64,000 nucleotides of DNA from Desulfobacterales bacterium (GTDB taxonomy: Bacteria > Desulfobacterota > Desulfobacteria > Desulfobacterales > UBA2245): contig JAXGZF010000003.1 in NCBI GenBank assembly GCA_040771865.1, positions 1-64,000 on the forward strand, written 5' to 3'. This document shows, one piece after another, positions 10,929-20,593 of the stretch. Position numbers and translations under genes: made by a program. The notes under the pieces were generated by a model. The model did not search any database. It saw nothing but the letters and a program-made list of their open reading frames with translations, and was not told the origin of the DNA. Position 1 is the first letter of the stretch. Each line of letters starts with the position of its first letter.

Positions 10929-12071
10929 ATGGTTTACCAGGGCTTTGAGCAGGGACCGATTCGTCCTCCCAGCGAGGCCGAGAGCCTGCTGATCCGCATC
11001 GCCCGGAACTGTCCGTGGAACCGGTGCTTGTTTTGTCCTGTCTACAAGGGAACGCGGTTTTCCATCCGGCCCGTGGCCCACGTCCGGCAGGACATCGATG
11101 CGGTGGCCCGTCACGTTGAAACCCTCAGGGAGATTTCCGAAGGCGCCGACCGGATCAGCAGGGCCGAGGTTCGTGCGTATGGCCAGAAGCTGCCCCCGAA
11201 TGAGATCGACGCCTTTTATGCCGCATTCAACTGGTTTGTCGGCGGCATGAAATCCGTGTTTCTTCAGGATGCCAACAGCCTGATTGTCAAACCGGCGGAC
11301 CTGATCGAGATCCTCTGCCATCTGAAAGACCGGTTTCCATGGATTTCCCGCATCACCTCCTACGCCAGATCCCATACCATCGACCGGATTGCCGATTCCG
11401 ACCTCAAGGCGATTCGAGATGCCGGCCTGAACCGGATCCACATCGGCATGGAGTCGGGTTCGAATGCGGTTTTAAAGCTGGTTGAAAAGGGCGCCACGCA
11501 GGAAATTCACATTCGCGCCGGGCTGAAGGTCAGACAGACCCGGATGGAGCTTTCCGAATACGTGATGCCGGGCCTGGGCGGAAAAACCCTGTCGGATGTC
11601 CATGCCCTTGAAACCGCCGATGCTCTGAACCGGATCAACCCGGATTTCATTCGCCTGCGGACTCTGGCGGTTCCGGACGGCGTGGGCCTTTTTAACCTGC
11701 TGAAAGAAGGCCGGTTTGAAAAGCTCACGGACAGGCAGACCGCACAAGAAATCCTCAGGTTCATCGAGGCTCTGGACGGCATCACCAGCTTTGTGCAGAG
11801 CGATCACATTCTGAATCTGCTTCAGGAGGTAGAGGGAAGTCTTCCCGAAGACCGGGAGAGGATGACAGCGCCGCTTCGCGCCTTTCTGGCAATGGATTCG
11901 GAAAATCAGTGCCTGTTTCAGGTGGGAAGAAGGCTTGGCATCTTTTCCGGCCTCAAGGACATGAGAGATGCGTTTCGCATGGAAAAGGCAAAGAAAGTCA
12001 GCCGTCAGCTCGGAATCACTCCTGAAAATGTCGATGCGATAATCGACGAATTGATGAAGCGCTTTATCTGA
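10929..12071 (+). CDS. Radical SAM protein of unknown function
   Basis: GPIRPPSEA.SLL and CPWNRCLFC (Cx4Cx2C variant); FLQDANSL; GMESG; start uncertain. Confidence 0.85.
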   Translation: MVYQGFEQGPIRPPSEAESLLIRIARNCPWNRCLFCPVYKGTRFSIRPVAHVRQDIDAVARHVETLREISEGADRISRAEVRAYGQKLPPNEIDAFYAAFNWFVGGMKSVFLQDANSLIVKPADLIEILCHLKDRFPWISRITSYARSHTIDRIADSDLKAIRDAGLNRIHIGMESGSNAVLKLVEKGATQEIHIRAGLKVRQTRMELSEYVMPGLGGKTLSDVHALETADALNRINPDFIRLRTLAVPDGVGLFNLLKEGRFEKLTDRQTAQEILRFIEALDGITSFVQSDHILNLLQEVEGSLPEDRERMTAPLRAFLAMDSENQCLFQVGRRLGIFSGLKDMRDAFRMEKAKKVSRQLGITPENVDAIIDELMKRFI

Positions 12072-12224
12072 GGCGCTGCTTTCATGCTTCATCGAAGACA
12101 GTAATTGATTTGGACCAGACAGGGTATCTATTTTCGATTGCCTTGGCATGACATTCTGCTGCCACGCTCTGAAACGGATAGAAAAGCATGAACGCAAGGG
12201 CGTTATGCCCTCATATGCCATCAT

Positions 12225-15200
12225 CTATTTTCTATCCAACTCTTTTCTCACGGCCAGCCCCAGTTTTTCTATGACATAGGGCTTTCTCACATAGGCGCCT
12301 GCACCCAGAGCCCGGGCGGCGTCCACGCGATCCGTTTCCGAAAAGCCGCTCACGATAATCGCCTTCTGTTTTGGACGGATCTCAAGGACGCTCCGGTAGG
12401 TGTCCAGCCCGTCCATGCCGGGGTCCATGATCATATCCAGAACGATCAAATCAACCCGGTGCTCCTTCAGATACGCCACCGCCGCTTCACCGCTGGATAC
12501 GTCCTTGACGTTGTAATTTAACCTCCGAAGCATTTCAGCAGCCAGAGCACGCTGTTCCTCGACATCATCCACGATGAGAATAGATTCGCCTCTACCCGTG
12601 TATTCGGAAATGGAAACGGCTTCTGAGGAGATGTCTTCCCGCGTCACCGGAAAATAGAGGGTAAAAAGACTGCCTTTACCTTCTTCGCTCTGAACGTTGA
12701 TGTATCCATGATGATCCTTTACCGTTCCCCAGACAACCGCGAGTCCCAGGCCTGTTCCGCTTCTGCCCATGACCTTCTTCGTATAAAACGGTTCGAAGAT
12801 GTGTTTCAGATCGTCTGCGGATATGCCTTCGCCCGTATCAGAGACGGAAAGGACAACGTAATCTCCTTCCCTGACCTCGTCATACCCCTGAATCGGTTTG
12901 TCGAGATACTGATTGGCTGTTTTAATGGTCACCATGCCGCCGGTCGGCATGGATTCAATTGAATTGGAAACCAGATTGAACAATGTTTTCACCAGATGTA
13001 CCGGAGAACCGGAGATGTTCAGCAGATCCGGCTCAAGATCGGTCTTGATCCTTGCGGAGGTATGATGGAGGGAGAGATTCTGATACTCGGGCGACAGCTG
13101 AAAGTCAGAGATGATTTGATTCAGATTGAGCACCTGTCTGCCGGAGACCCCCCTTCTGGCCAGTGTCAGCAGATCCTGAACAATCGCGGCAGCCCGTTCT
13201 CCCCCTTTCATAATATGCTCGAGACGGGGCCGGATCGGGCTTGACTTGTCCACGCTGGAAAGGAGTAATTCTGCATAACCGACGATGACGCCAAGCACGT
13301 TGTTGAGATCGTGGGCAACGCCTCCGGCCAGGGTACCCAGCGCCTCCATCTTTTCCGCCCGCTGCAAGCGCGCCTCGCTTTCCTTAAGCAATTTTTCAGC
13401 CCGCAGGCGGTCAGAAATGTCAATAAAACTTTCAAGATAACAATCCCGACCCTTGATACTAATAGGATATACGGTTTTCAGGATGTCTTTTTGCCGTCCG
13501 TCAGCATGGATGAGTTTGCGTTCAGATTGATCGATATGTTGGCCAAGATCCTTGACGGGGCATTTGCCCGCCTCAGCAGGACAAACCAATGAGTGACATA
13601 TCTGTCCGATTATTCTTTCTTTGGTCTGCCCGGCCATTTCTGCTGCAGCCTGATTCGCTTCAATAATGACCTGGGTAGCACTGTCAATGATCAGAATCCC
13701 CGTTCCGACATTATTGAAAATCGTCTGTAGTTCTGCCTCGCTTTCCTGCAATGCCTTCTCTGCCCGTTTGCGATCCGTGATGTCCAGCGCCGTCCCGAAA
13801 ATCGAAACAAGATCACCATTTTCATCGTAGTTACCCTGAAAAGTCGAGCAGTAGTATCCAATACTCTTATCAGGTCGCAGAAATTTTTGTTCATAGGAAC
13901 CTTGTTCATGACTCTCTATCGCCCGTTCTATCAACTCTTGGCCGCGCTGATGATTTTCCTCCCACGGCGACAATGCCAAGATTGAATCAATGTGCGGAGT
14001 AAATTCTTTCGGATCAAGGCGAAAAATCTTGAATACTTCCTCTGACCATTCGACATCGCCCGTCTTGACATCCCAGTACCAGAAACCCAGATGAGCCATT
14101 TTTTGTGCTTCTTTTAATCTGTTCTTGCTTTCCTGCAATGCCTTCTCTGCCCGCTTGCGATCCGTGATGTCCTCCGAGATTCCAAGCAGAAACTCGGGTT
14201 CTCCGTTCACGCCCAGAATCGGCACTTTCTTGGTGCGCAGGATGCGCTCTCCCCTGTTGCGGGTCTGTATGGGTTCTTCCGGGATATCCACAATCCTGCC
14301 CTCGTTCAGAACATTCCGGTCATTCTCCGTAAAGAAGTCTGCCTGTTCCGGTGTGAAGAAATCATAATCGTTCTTTCCCAGAAGATCATTCCGGGAATAG
14401 CCCAGCAGCTCCTCTCCGGCACGGTTGAACCGGACAAACCGGAGATCCCCGGCATCCTTGACGAAAATCATGTCCGGGATATTCTCGACAATCGAGTCGA
14501 GAAACGCGGTTACCCGGCGCAGTTCCTCCTCCTGATGCCTGTTTTCCGTAATATCTACGACAGCGCCCCGGATTCCTACGATTTTACCGGCCCTGCGGAT
14601 TGCGCTTGATATGATAATCGCAGGGAAAACAGATCCATCCAGCCGTTTTAAGGTATATTCGGTGCGCCCGGTGCGCCCTCCCTTTATAAGTCTTTGTATG
14701 TTCTGAGCCGCTTTATCCATGTCTTCCGGCAAAAGTATCTGCCATGCCTTAAAACCCCTCTTTAAATCCGCCTCCGTGCCGCCAAAAGTTTCATAAACCG
14801 CCCGGTTGGCGGAAACAATATTGGCCTCCAAATCAATCTCGTAGATCGGGATCGGCAGAAAATCATACAATTCATGGTATTTCCTTTCGCTTTCCCTCAG
14901 TTTTTCCTCGGCCTGCATGCGGTCGGTGATGTCCAGCAGGGAAGCAACGCTTCTTTTGGAACCCGGAATGATATCGATGGTTAAGAGGATATTCTTCAGA
15001 CCGCCGTCTCGGTGCACGAGTCGAAACTCATAGCTTTTTGCCGCAAGACCCGGATCCGCCCTTCGCAACTGATGCTGAATCACCATTCTTTCCAGGTCGT
15101 TTTTTTCAACAAATTCCGTCCACTTTCTCTTCCCTTCGACTTCCTCCCGTTTGTAACCGGTCAGGCCTTCAAATCGGTCGTTTGCAAGGGAAATCGTCAT

Positions 15201-15389
15201 GTCCTCCTCAATGATCACCATGGCGGTTCCCGTCGTTTCGAAAATAGTCTGATATCGGAGCTCGGAAATCCGCAGCGCTTCCTCTCCCTGTTCATGCGCC
15301 GCCACAGTTCTTTCCAGTTCCTGAATTCTCTGCTTTAACAAGGCGTTTTCTTGAATGATTTCCTGATTTTTTCTGAGCAGATCCTGCAT
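12225..15389 (-). CDS. Multi-PAS hybrid sensor histidine kinase/response regulator
   Basis: About five PAS/PAC units ending in DIT/DIS; H-box LAGGVAHDLNN; G-boxes DTGEG and GTGLGL; receiver IVDD...LDM...K. Confidence 0.93.
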   Translation of the reverse strand: MQDLLRKNQEIIQENALLKQRIQELERTVAAHEQGEEALRISELRYQTIFETTGTAMVIIEEDMTISLANDRFEGLTGYKREEVEGKRKWTEFVEKNDLERMVIQHQLRRADPGLAAKSYEFRLVHRDGGLKNILLTIDIIPGSKRSVASLLDITDRMQAEEKLRESERKYHELYDFLPIPIYEIDLEANIVSANRAVYETFGGTEADLKRGFKAWQILLPEDMDKAAQNIQRLIKGGRTGRTEYTLKRLDGSVFPAIIISSAIRRAGKIVGIRGAVVDITENRHQEEELRRVTAFLDSIVENIPDMIFVKDAGDLRFVRFNRAGEELLGYSRNDLLGKNDYDFFTPEQADFFTENDRNVLNEGRIVDIPEEPIQTRNRGERILRTKKVPILGVNGEPEFLLGISEDITDRKRAEKALQESKNRLKEAQKMAHLGFWYWDVKTGDVEWSEEVFKIFRLDPKEFTPHIDSILALSPWEENHQRGQELIERAIESHEQGSYEQKFLRPDKSIGYYCSTFQGNYDENGDLVSIFGTALDITDRKRAEKALQESEAELQTIFNNVGTGILIIDSATQVIIEANQAAAEMAGQTKERIIGQICHSLVCPAEAGKCPVKDLGQHIDQSERKLIHADGRQKDILKTVYPISIKGRDCYLESFIDISDRLRAEKLLKESEARLQRAEKMEALGTLAGGVAHDLNNVLGVIVGYAELLLSSVDKSSPIRPRLEHIMKGGERAAAIVQDLLTLARRGVSGRQVLNLNQIISDFQLSPEYQNLSLHHTSARIKTDLEPDLLNISGSPVHLVKTLFNLVSNSIESMPTGGMVTIKTANQYLDKPIQGYDEVREGDYVVLSVSDTGEGISADDLKHIFEPFYTKKVMGRSGTGLGLAVVWGTVKDHHGYINVQSEEGKGSLFTLYFPVTREDISSEAVSISEYTGRGESILIVDDVEEQRALAAEMLRRLNYNVKDVSSGEAAVAYLKEHRVDLIVLDMIMDPGMDGLDTYRSVLEIRPKQKAIIVSGFSETDRVDAARALGAGAYVRKPYVIEKLGLAVRKELDRK

Positions 15390-15548
15390 TTGATGCTCCT
15401 CTGTCTCGGCAAATCGTGCGGACTTGAAAAAACGAACGATATTTTTTATTTGAATAAAAGTCTTTAAAATTTAGCGGATACTCCATGTCGCTGTCAAATG
15501 GAAAGTTCACCGGCACATCGCCGAATACGCATCGAAGCCCAACCGATG

Positions 15549-16059
15549 CTACTTCATTTTTGATTTCAGCCGGATCTATTCTCCGGCAACCATGAAGCTG
15601 CCGCTTCAGAGATGATGTATCGTCCGCGGATTTTTTACGGCCGGATCGATTCATGCCTGGATGACCTTCAGGACAAACAAACAGTGCCCGGCCACACGAC
15701 ACTCGAGGTTGGCATAACACGCTTCGATAAGAGGCGGACCGACTTTCGAAGCCGGCACGGGCGTGAGGCGAAACGCCTAGAACTTGTCTGTTTTCGCGCC
15801 CAAGGCGTTCGCGACCTTTTCGGCTATTTCAACCTTGGGGATGTTGATCACGCATTCACGGATTTCCTTCAGCAGGCCGAAGGAATGGTTGTGATTGCTG
15901 ACGACGCAGCTCATCAGCGGCGGCTCAAAATCCATCATGGTATGATAGGACGTGGTCATGATGTTCGGGCGCTCCTTGCTGGCGGTTGTGACCAGGACGA
16001 CCGGGCCGGGCTCGTGCAGTGCGTAGACCCTGGACAACGAAGAAGATTTTTTTCTTCAC
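15549..16059 (-). pseudogene. Flavin-reductase-family pseudogene
   Basis: RVYALHEPGPVVLVTT...PNIMT...FEPPL...ECVINIP; the same frame continues as F*AFRLTPVPASKVGPPLIEACYANLECRV...QA*IDPAVKNPRTIHHL*SGSFMVAGE*IRLKSKMK*; 4 internal stops plus a frameshift in an A7 run after the GTG. Confidence 0.85.
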
Positions 16060-16212
16060 ACGGATCATTCACCTCTTGACAACGATGGATATCGACATCC
16101 GTTATGCCCAAAGACGGTCTGTCGAATTGTGAAGTTCCTGCAACGCGAAGCGCGGCCGGAATCCTGATTTGTCATATGCTCTGGGCAGGATCCCTGAAGA
16201 GATTGTTTGAAT

Positions 16213-16689
16213 TCACAGCGAGATTCCGTTTGTCGGATCTCCTTCATCAAGCATGTCTTTCATGACCTGTTTTTCCCGGACGCCCGGAACGATACCGGTC
16301 AGAACGCCTTTAAGAACGATAAGGCCATTTTCATTTGTAAACGCCGCCTCGGCTTTTGCATGGCCTTCCGCATCCAGTTCGACAATCGTGAAATCGCATC
16401 GAATGGTATTTCCGAAATGAACCGGTTTCTTGAAATCGAAGCTCATTCCGGAAGCCAGCCATCCGATCTGTCCGCCGATTTCAGTCAGCAAACTGGCAAC
16501 GAGCAGGCCATGACAAATTCGACCGTCAAAATTTTTCACCTTCGAGAATCTCTCATCAAAATGAACCGGATTGTAGTCCCGGGAAATGTCTGCAAATTGA
16601 ATCACGTCCAGTTCACTGAAGGTGCGGGAGACGGAAAATGTATCGCCTGCTTTCAATCCTTCAACCGCTTTTTTGCGAATGTGCGACAT
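16213..16689 (-). CDS. MaoC-family dehydratase
   Basis: FADISRDYNPVH and ICHGLL hot-dog fold motif; FKKPVHFG. Confidence 0.88.
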   Translation of the reverse strand: MSHIRKKAVEGLKAGDTFSVSRTFSELDVIQFADISRDYNPVHFDERFSKVKNFDGRICHGLLVASLLTEIGGQIGWLASGMSFDFKKPVHFGNTIRCDFTIVELDAEGHAKAEAAFTNENGLIVLKGVLTGIVPGVREKQVMKDMLDEGDPTNGISL

Positions 16690-16752
16690 TATGGATAACC
16701 TTTTGATACGGAGTAAAAACCGATATTCGAAAAATCCTTGACCGATCCGCCG

Positions 16753-17226
16753 TTAGAATCCGTGGGGCGAATCTTTCCGCAGCCATGGAGCGCGGGCGAT
16801 CCGGCAGCCCAGGGCCAGCAGGAGGTAACATACGGCCAGGCTCATGTGCAGAACATTCATGGCGATCAGCAGGGGCAAAGGATAAACGACCCCGGACAGA
16901 TTTTTTACGGCCATGGCCAGTCCGGTCAGCAGCGCCAGCCCCAGTACAACGGCCCGGATTCCGCCGGTCCGCGACAGGCGCCGGCCCTCTTTTCTCAAAA
17001 AAATCCAGGACACGATAAAATAAGCCGCCAGCGCCAGAAGAACGGCGCCTGCCATGTAGTGAACCTGTACATTGATCATGAAATTACCGGCCCAGCCGAA
17101 TCCCGGCAGGTCGGTGACATAATAGCGCCGGTAGAGCGGCATGTTGCCGAAACCGGTGAAGAAGACAGCGGCCATGGCAGCCAGGTAGAGCCATTCGAAC
17201 AAACGGTTGACCTGATTCGGCATCAT
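16753..17226 (-). CDS. Four-helix membrane protein, probable cytochrome-b-like partner of the adjacent FeS protein
   Basis: Four hydrophobic segments, His in helices 2 and 4, TGFGNMPLYRRYY; 4-bp overlap with the upstream gene. Confidence 0.7.
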   Translation of the reverse strand: MMPNQVNRLFEWLYLAAMAAVFFTGFGNMPLYRRYYVTDLPGFGWAGNFMINVQVHYMAGAVLLALAAYFIVSWIFLRKEGRRLSRTGGIRAVVLGLALLTGLAMAVKNLSGVVYPLPLLIAMNVLHMSLAVCYLLLALGCRIARAPWLRKDSPHGF

Positions 17227-18218
17227 GACGGTTTGTCCTCCTTTTTCTGGGTTTGCCCGGCCGTCTGTTTAAAGCGGGCCAAAGCGCCGATAACACCGGC
17301 GACCGGGGCGATGGCCAGCGCACGCATCCAGCGGTTGGCATCGGCCATGACATTCTCGACCGGTTGCAGCTGCGGCTGGCCCGGCCCTTTTTGAATGGCC
17401 TGGTTGAGAACGTCAAACGGGACGGATGAGACATAAATCGTATGGGTGCCGCCGTTTTCCACCAGGCCGTAAATAAACCCGCCGGTTTTTTCAGCCAGGT
17501 CGTGTGCTTTCTGAACGATTTCATTCCTCGGACCGATTTCCTGAACGTTTTCCGGACATACTTCGATGCAGGCCGGCAGCCCGCCATCGGCCACCCGGTC
17601 ATAACAGCGGTCGCACTTGTACATGACGCCGTTGCCGGCGTACTGCGGCAACAGGTCTATGTGCAGTCCCACGCCGGATTGCCGCTCGGGAATATTCCAG
17701 GGGCAGACCATTTTGCACTTGGCGCCGCCCATGCAGACACCCGGATGGATGCGGACGATGCCGTTGCGGAGCTGATAGGCCGCGCCAAAGGGACACAGCT
17801 TGGAGCAGGGGGCATTACGGCAGTGCATGCAGCGTCGGGGAATGTTCAATTCAAAGGGCCGGCCGAGGTATTCGCCCTGAGCGCGCTGGATAAACAGCCA
17901 GTTGTAAGGCGTCAACCGGTCGGTGACGGCCCGTTTTTCCGGGGACGACCAGTCGGCGGTTTTGACCCGGTCTACCGGGCGCATGACCGGAAACGGTTTC
18001 CTGGGTTCCGGGAATTTGTGGCCGTTGACCTCCCGGCAGGCGTGTACGCATTCTTCACAGCCGATGCATTTGCTCAGGTCCAGCAGGGTGCACAGTTCCC
18101 TTTTCGGTCCGGCAGCGGCACGTGCGGCCGATGCCAGGCCGGATCCGGCGGCGACAGCGGATCCCGCGGTGATCAGGCCGGCCTTGAGAAAGGATCTTCT
18201 TGAAATCGATAATGACAT
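17223..18218 (-). CDS. Tat-exported 4Fe-4S dicluster (DmsB/HybA-like) protein with C-terminal anchor
   Basis: SRRSFLK Tat motif; CIGCEECVHAC, CMHC...C..LCP, CMGGAKCKMVCP, KCDRC...PACIEVCP; GAGGAG SD before ATG 18218. Confidence 0.88.
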   Translation of the reverse strand: MSLSISRRSFLKAGLITAGSAVAAGSGLASAARAAAGPKRELCTLLDLSKCIGCEECVHACREVNGHKFPEPRKPFPVMRPVDRVKTADWSSPEKRAVTDRLTPYNWLFIQRAQGEYLGRPFELNIPRRCMHCRNAPCSKLCPFGAAYQLRNGIVRIHPGVCMGGAKCKMVCPWNIPERQSGVGLHIDLLPQYAGNGVMYKCDRCYDRVADGGLPACIEVCPENVQEIGPRNEIVQKAHDLAEKTGGFIYGLVENGGTHTIYVSSVPFDVLNQAIQKGPGQPQLQPVENVMADANRWMRALAIAPVAGVIGALARFKQTAGQTQKKEDKPS

Positions 18219-18371
18219 GGTGGTTTCTCCTCGTTTGACGATCTGATGCCTGTTTTTTAAAATGCTGTCAGGTGAACGGCCGTACCTTACACCCATATTT
18301 TGAATTCAATTTCTCTACAAAAACAAGGGGATAAAAAGCAATATACTTTCTTTTTCATATAGAATATAAAA

Positions 18372-18523
18372 ATTGTCTTCTATCTTTCGGGGCCCATACC
18401 AGACGTTTCGGCCGGACAGGCGCCAGGAGCGTGCCCAAGGTCGCCAGCCTGTTCCTCGCGGCGATTGCCGTCATGTTGATGAGAAGGGGCATACTCGAAG
18501 CGATTGTCGCGGCAGGCAAATAA
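18372..18523 (+). pseudogene. 3'-terminal remnant of a MarC-family membrane protein gene
   Basis: IVFYLSGPI, frameshift, then RRFGRTGARSVPKVASLFLAAIAVMLMRRGILE*; resembles the last helix of MarC; no start codon or upstream part. Confidence 0.55.
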
Positions 18524-18533
18524 GACCGGTTAT

Positions 18534-19007
18534 TCACTCCTGCTGACAGATTCTGGCAAACTCGCCGCTGGTCAGCTTCCGCAGGTCGTCTGGACTCAAT
18601 TCAATCTGCAGCCCTCGACGGCCGGCGCTGACGTAAATCGTTGAAAAATTTGCGGCCGAGGAATCGATGATGGTTTTCAGCTTCTTCTTTTGGCCCAGCG
18701 GGCTCACCCCTCCCAGAACATAGCCGGTTGAACGCTCCACATCGGCGACTGTCGCCATGTCCGCCTTTTTTGCGCCGGCAGCCCTGGCGATGCGTTTCAT
18801 ATTCAGCATGGACGAAACAGGAACCAGTCCGACCGCCAGATCCCGGCTGTCGAGGCTCACGATCAGTGTTTTGAAAAGCCTTTCTTCGGGCACCCCCAGT
18901 TTTTCGGCGGCCTCGGCGCCATAGGATTCACGAGAAGGGTCGTGAACGTATTCATGCAGCCGATAAGCGATTCCGGCATTCCTGACGATCTTTAAGCATG
19001 GCGTCAT
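18534..19007 (-). CDS. ybaK: Cys-tRNA(Pro) deacylase
   Basis: MTP start, FKTL, TGYVLGGVSPLGQKK, VSAGRRGL. Confidence 0.92.
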   Translation of the reverse strand: MTPCLKIVRNAGIAYRLHEYVHDPSRESYGAEAAEKLGVPEERLFKTLIVSLDSRDLAVGLVPVSSMLNMKRIARAAGAKKADMATVADVERSTGYVLGGVSPLGQKKKLKTIIDSSAANFSTIYVSAGRRGLQIELSPDDLRKLTSGEFARICQQE

Positions 19008-19025
19008 ATGAATCTCGCACGTCCT

Positions 19026-20495
19026 TTATTCATTCCGCAGAATCCATCTTCCGACCACCCTGTTTTTGCTGTCTTCCCAGGCCGCAAAGACTTTTCCGGC
19101 CGCATCAATCGACAGGGTCCGGCGGCCGTCCATTCCAGGGTCATTTCCCAGAACCAGCGGCGCCGACCAATCGTCGCCTGTATTGAAGAAATAGCACATT
19201 GCGTGAGCGGAGCTCCAGAATCCAATCTTCGATTTGATGAGAATAACGTGATGATTCCCATTAATATCGTTTCTGATCAGGGCGCCCCGGTCATGGATCC
19301 AGGAACAGCCCGATTCGGGAAGGTCTTTTGTTGCCAGAATTTCGAAGTGATCAGCCCAGTGTCCCTCGCTGAGCGTAACATCGATCCACGGATTCTCGGA
19401 ATATCGCATGTGATGTATTCCGTCATTCAATTCCAGATCATATATCTTGATCAGACCGCCAAGATCACCCGTATTCCTGTTTACGGCGAAATGGCTGTCG
19501 AGCGGGCCGATCAGTCCAGGGCTGGCTGATCCGGTATTTGCTCTAAGGTACGGAATAGGAGCCAGAGGCATCCCGTGGATTGGTTTCCAGGGGATTGGTG
19601 CGTTGCCTTTCCCATCTTCTTTGCTGACGTTATTATTGATGTCTGACAGAAGTTGTTCGTATTTCACCTTGGCGTAGCGGATTTCCCCAACCTCGCCCGT
19701 ACCCCAGGCACCGCCGCCGCCAGGTCCAAAGGCAACAATGAAAGCGCGACCTTTGCCTGAAGCATGGTATAAGAAATGCAGAAAGCCATCCCTGTCCGTC
19801 CCGGCCATAAAGTCCGACCCGGCGCTGAGCTTTGTCTCCGGGTCGAAGACGGCGCGAATAGTCCATCCGTTCGGGGTTTCTTGGGCGAGGACGAGTTTGT
19901 CAGCAATCCTGTCCGACCAGAAAGCTATGGGAATCAGGATGAACCAGCCGACGGTCCAGTCTCTTCGCACGGGGGACCCGAATTCCTTCCCATTGGCAAC
20001 GAAGGCGCAAAACAGGTCATCGCCCGCCGCAATGAACCGGGTGCATGGATTCCCCCTGATCTCCTGCCATTTTTGGTCCGAGGTTGATCGGATAAACTGC
20101 CTGTCGCCGGCAAGCACGCGAAGACTGCCTGCGGGGTGCTCGACGACGTCCATCGCGGCAATGTCACCTTCAATCGCGCCCAGAATTTCGTGCAACATAA
20201 CCGCATTGCCGAAGACCTCGACATGGTGTATTCGATTTTTCCTGTCGACCGCAAAGAGGTGGGCCCGGCCGTCCACGCCGATGATGCTTTTGAAACTGGA
20301 TCCATCCGCGAACCCCTTTTCTTCCAGAAGAACGATCTCCGGGCTCAAATGGACGTCCGGAGGCCGGCGCGCCTGGATGTCCGGCAACAGGCCGTGTTCG
20401 GCCATGGAGGCACATCCCGCGCACACCATGACTGAAAAGAGAAAAACGGCAACCAAGCTCTGCTGAAGACCCGTCCGAATATTTTTTCCTTTCAT
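19026..20495 (-). CDS. Hypothetical lipoprotein, beta-rich (possible propeller)
   Basis: Long ORF; signal peptide ending CAGC; repeats such as DGRAHL, DGFLHF, NGNHHV, AGKVFAAW; internal hydrophobic segment WFILIPIAFW. Confidence 0.7.
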   Translation of the reverse strand: MKGKNIRTGLQQSLVAVFLFSVMVCAGCASMAEHGLLPDIQARRPPDVHLSPEIVLLEEKGFADGSSFKSIIGVDGRAHLFAVDRKNRIHHVEVFGNAVMLHEILGAIEGDIAAMDVVEHPAGSLRVLAGDRQFIRSTSDQKWQEIRGNPCTRFIAAGDDLFCAFVANGKEFGSPVRRDWTVGWFILIPIAFWSDRIADKLVLAQETPNGWTIRAVFDPETKLSAGSDFMAGTDRDGFLHFLYHASGKGRAFIVAFGPGGGGAWGTGEVGEIRYAKVKYEQLLSDINNNVSKEDGKGNAPIPWKPIHGMPLAPIPYLRANTGSASPGLIGPLDSHFAVNRNTGDLGGLIKIYDLELNDGIHHMRYSENPWIDVTLSEGHWADHFEILATKDLPESGCSWIHDRGALIRNDINGNHHVILIKSKIGFWSSAHAMCYFFNTGDDWSAPLVLGNDPGMDGRRTLSIDAAGKVFAAWEDSKNRVVGRWILRNE

Positions 20496-20593
20496 CGGCA
20501 AACGCGTTGCTTCTTGACAACGGCTGTCGTCATATGCCTTGATTAACGCGCTTAATACATGGAAACGCCGTAGTGCGCGGGTGCAAGCCTCGC

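Noticed and set aside
15549..15779. Sec/Pyl recoding of the flavin reductase stops
   Set aside because: Mixed TAG and TGA stops at non-catalytic positions plus a frameshift indicate decay
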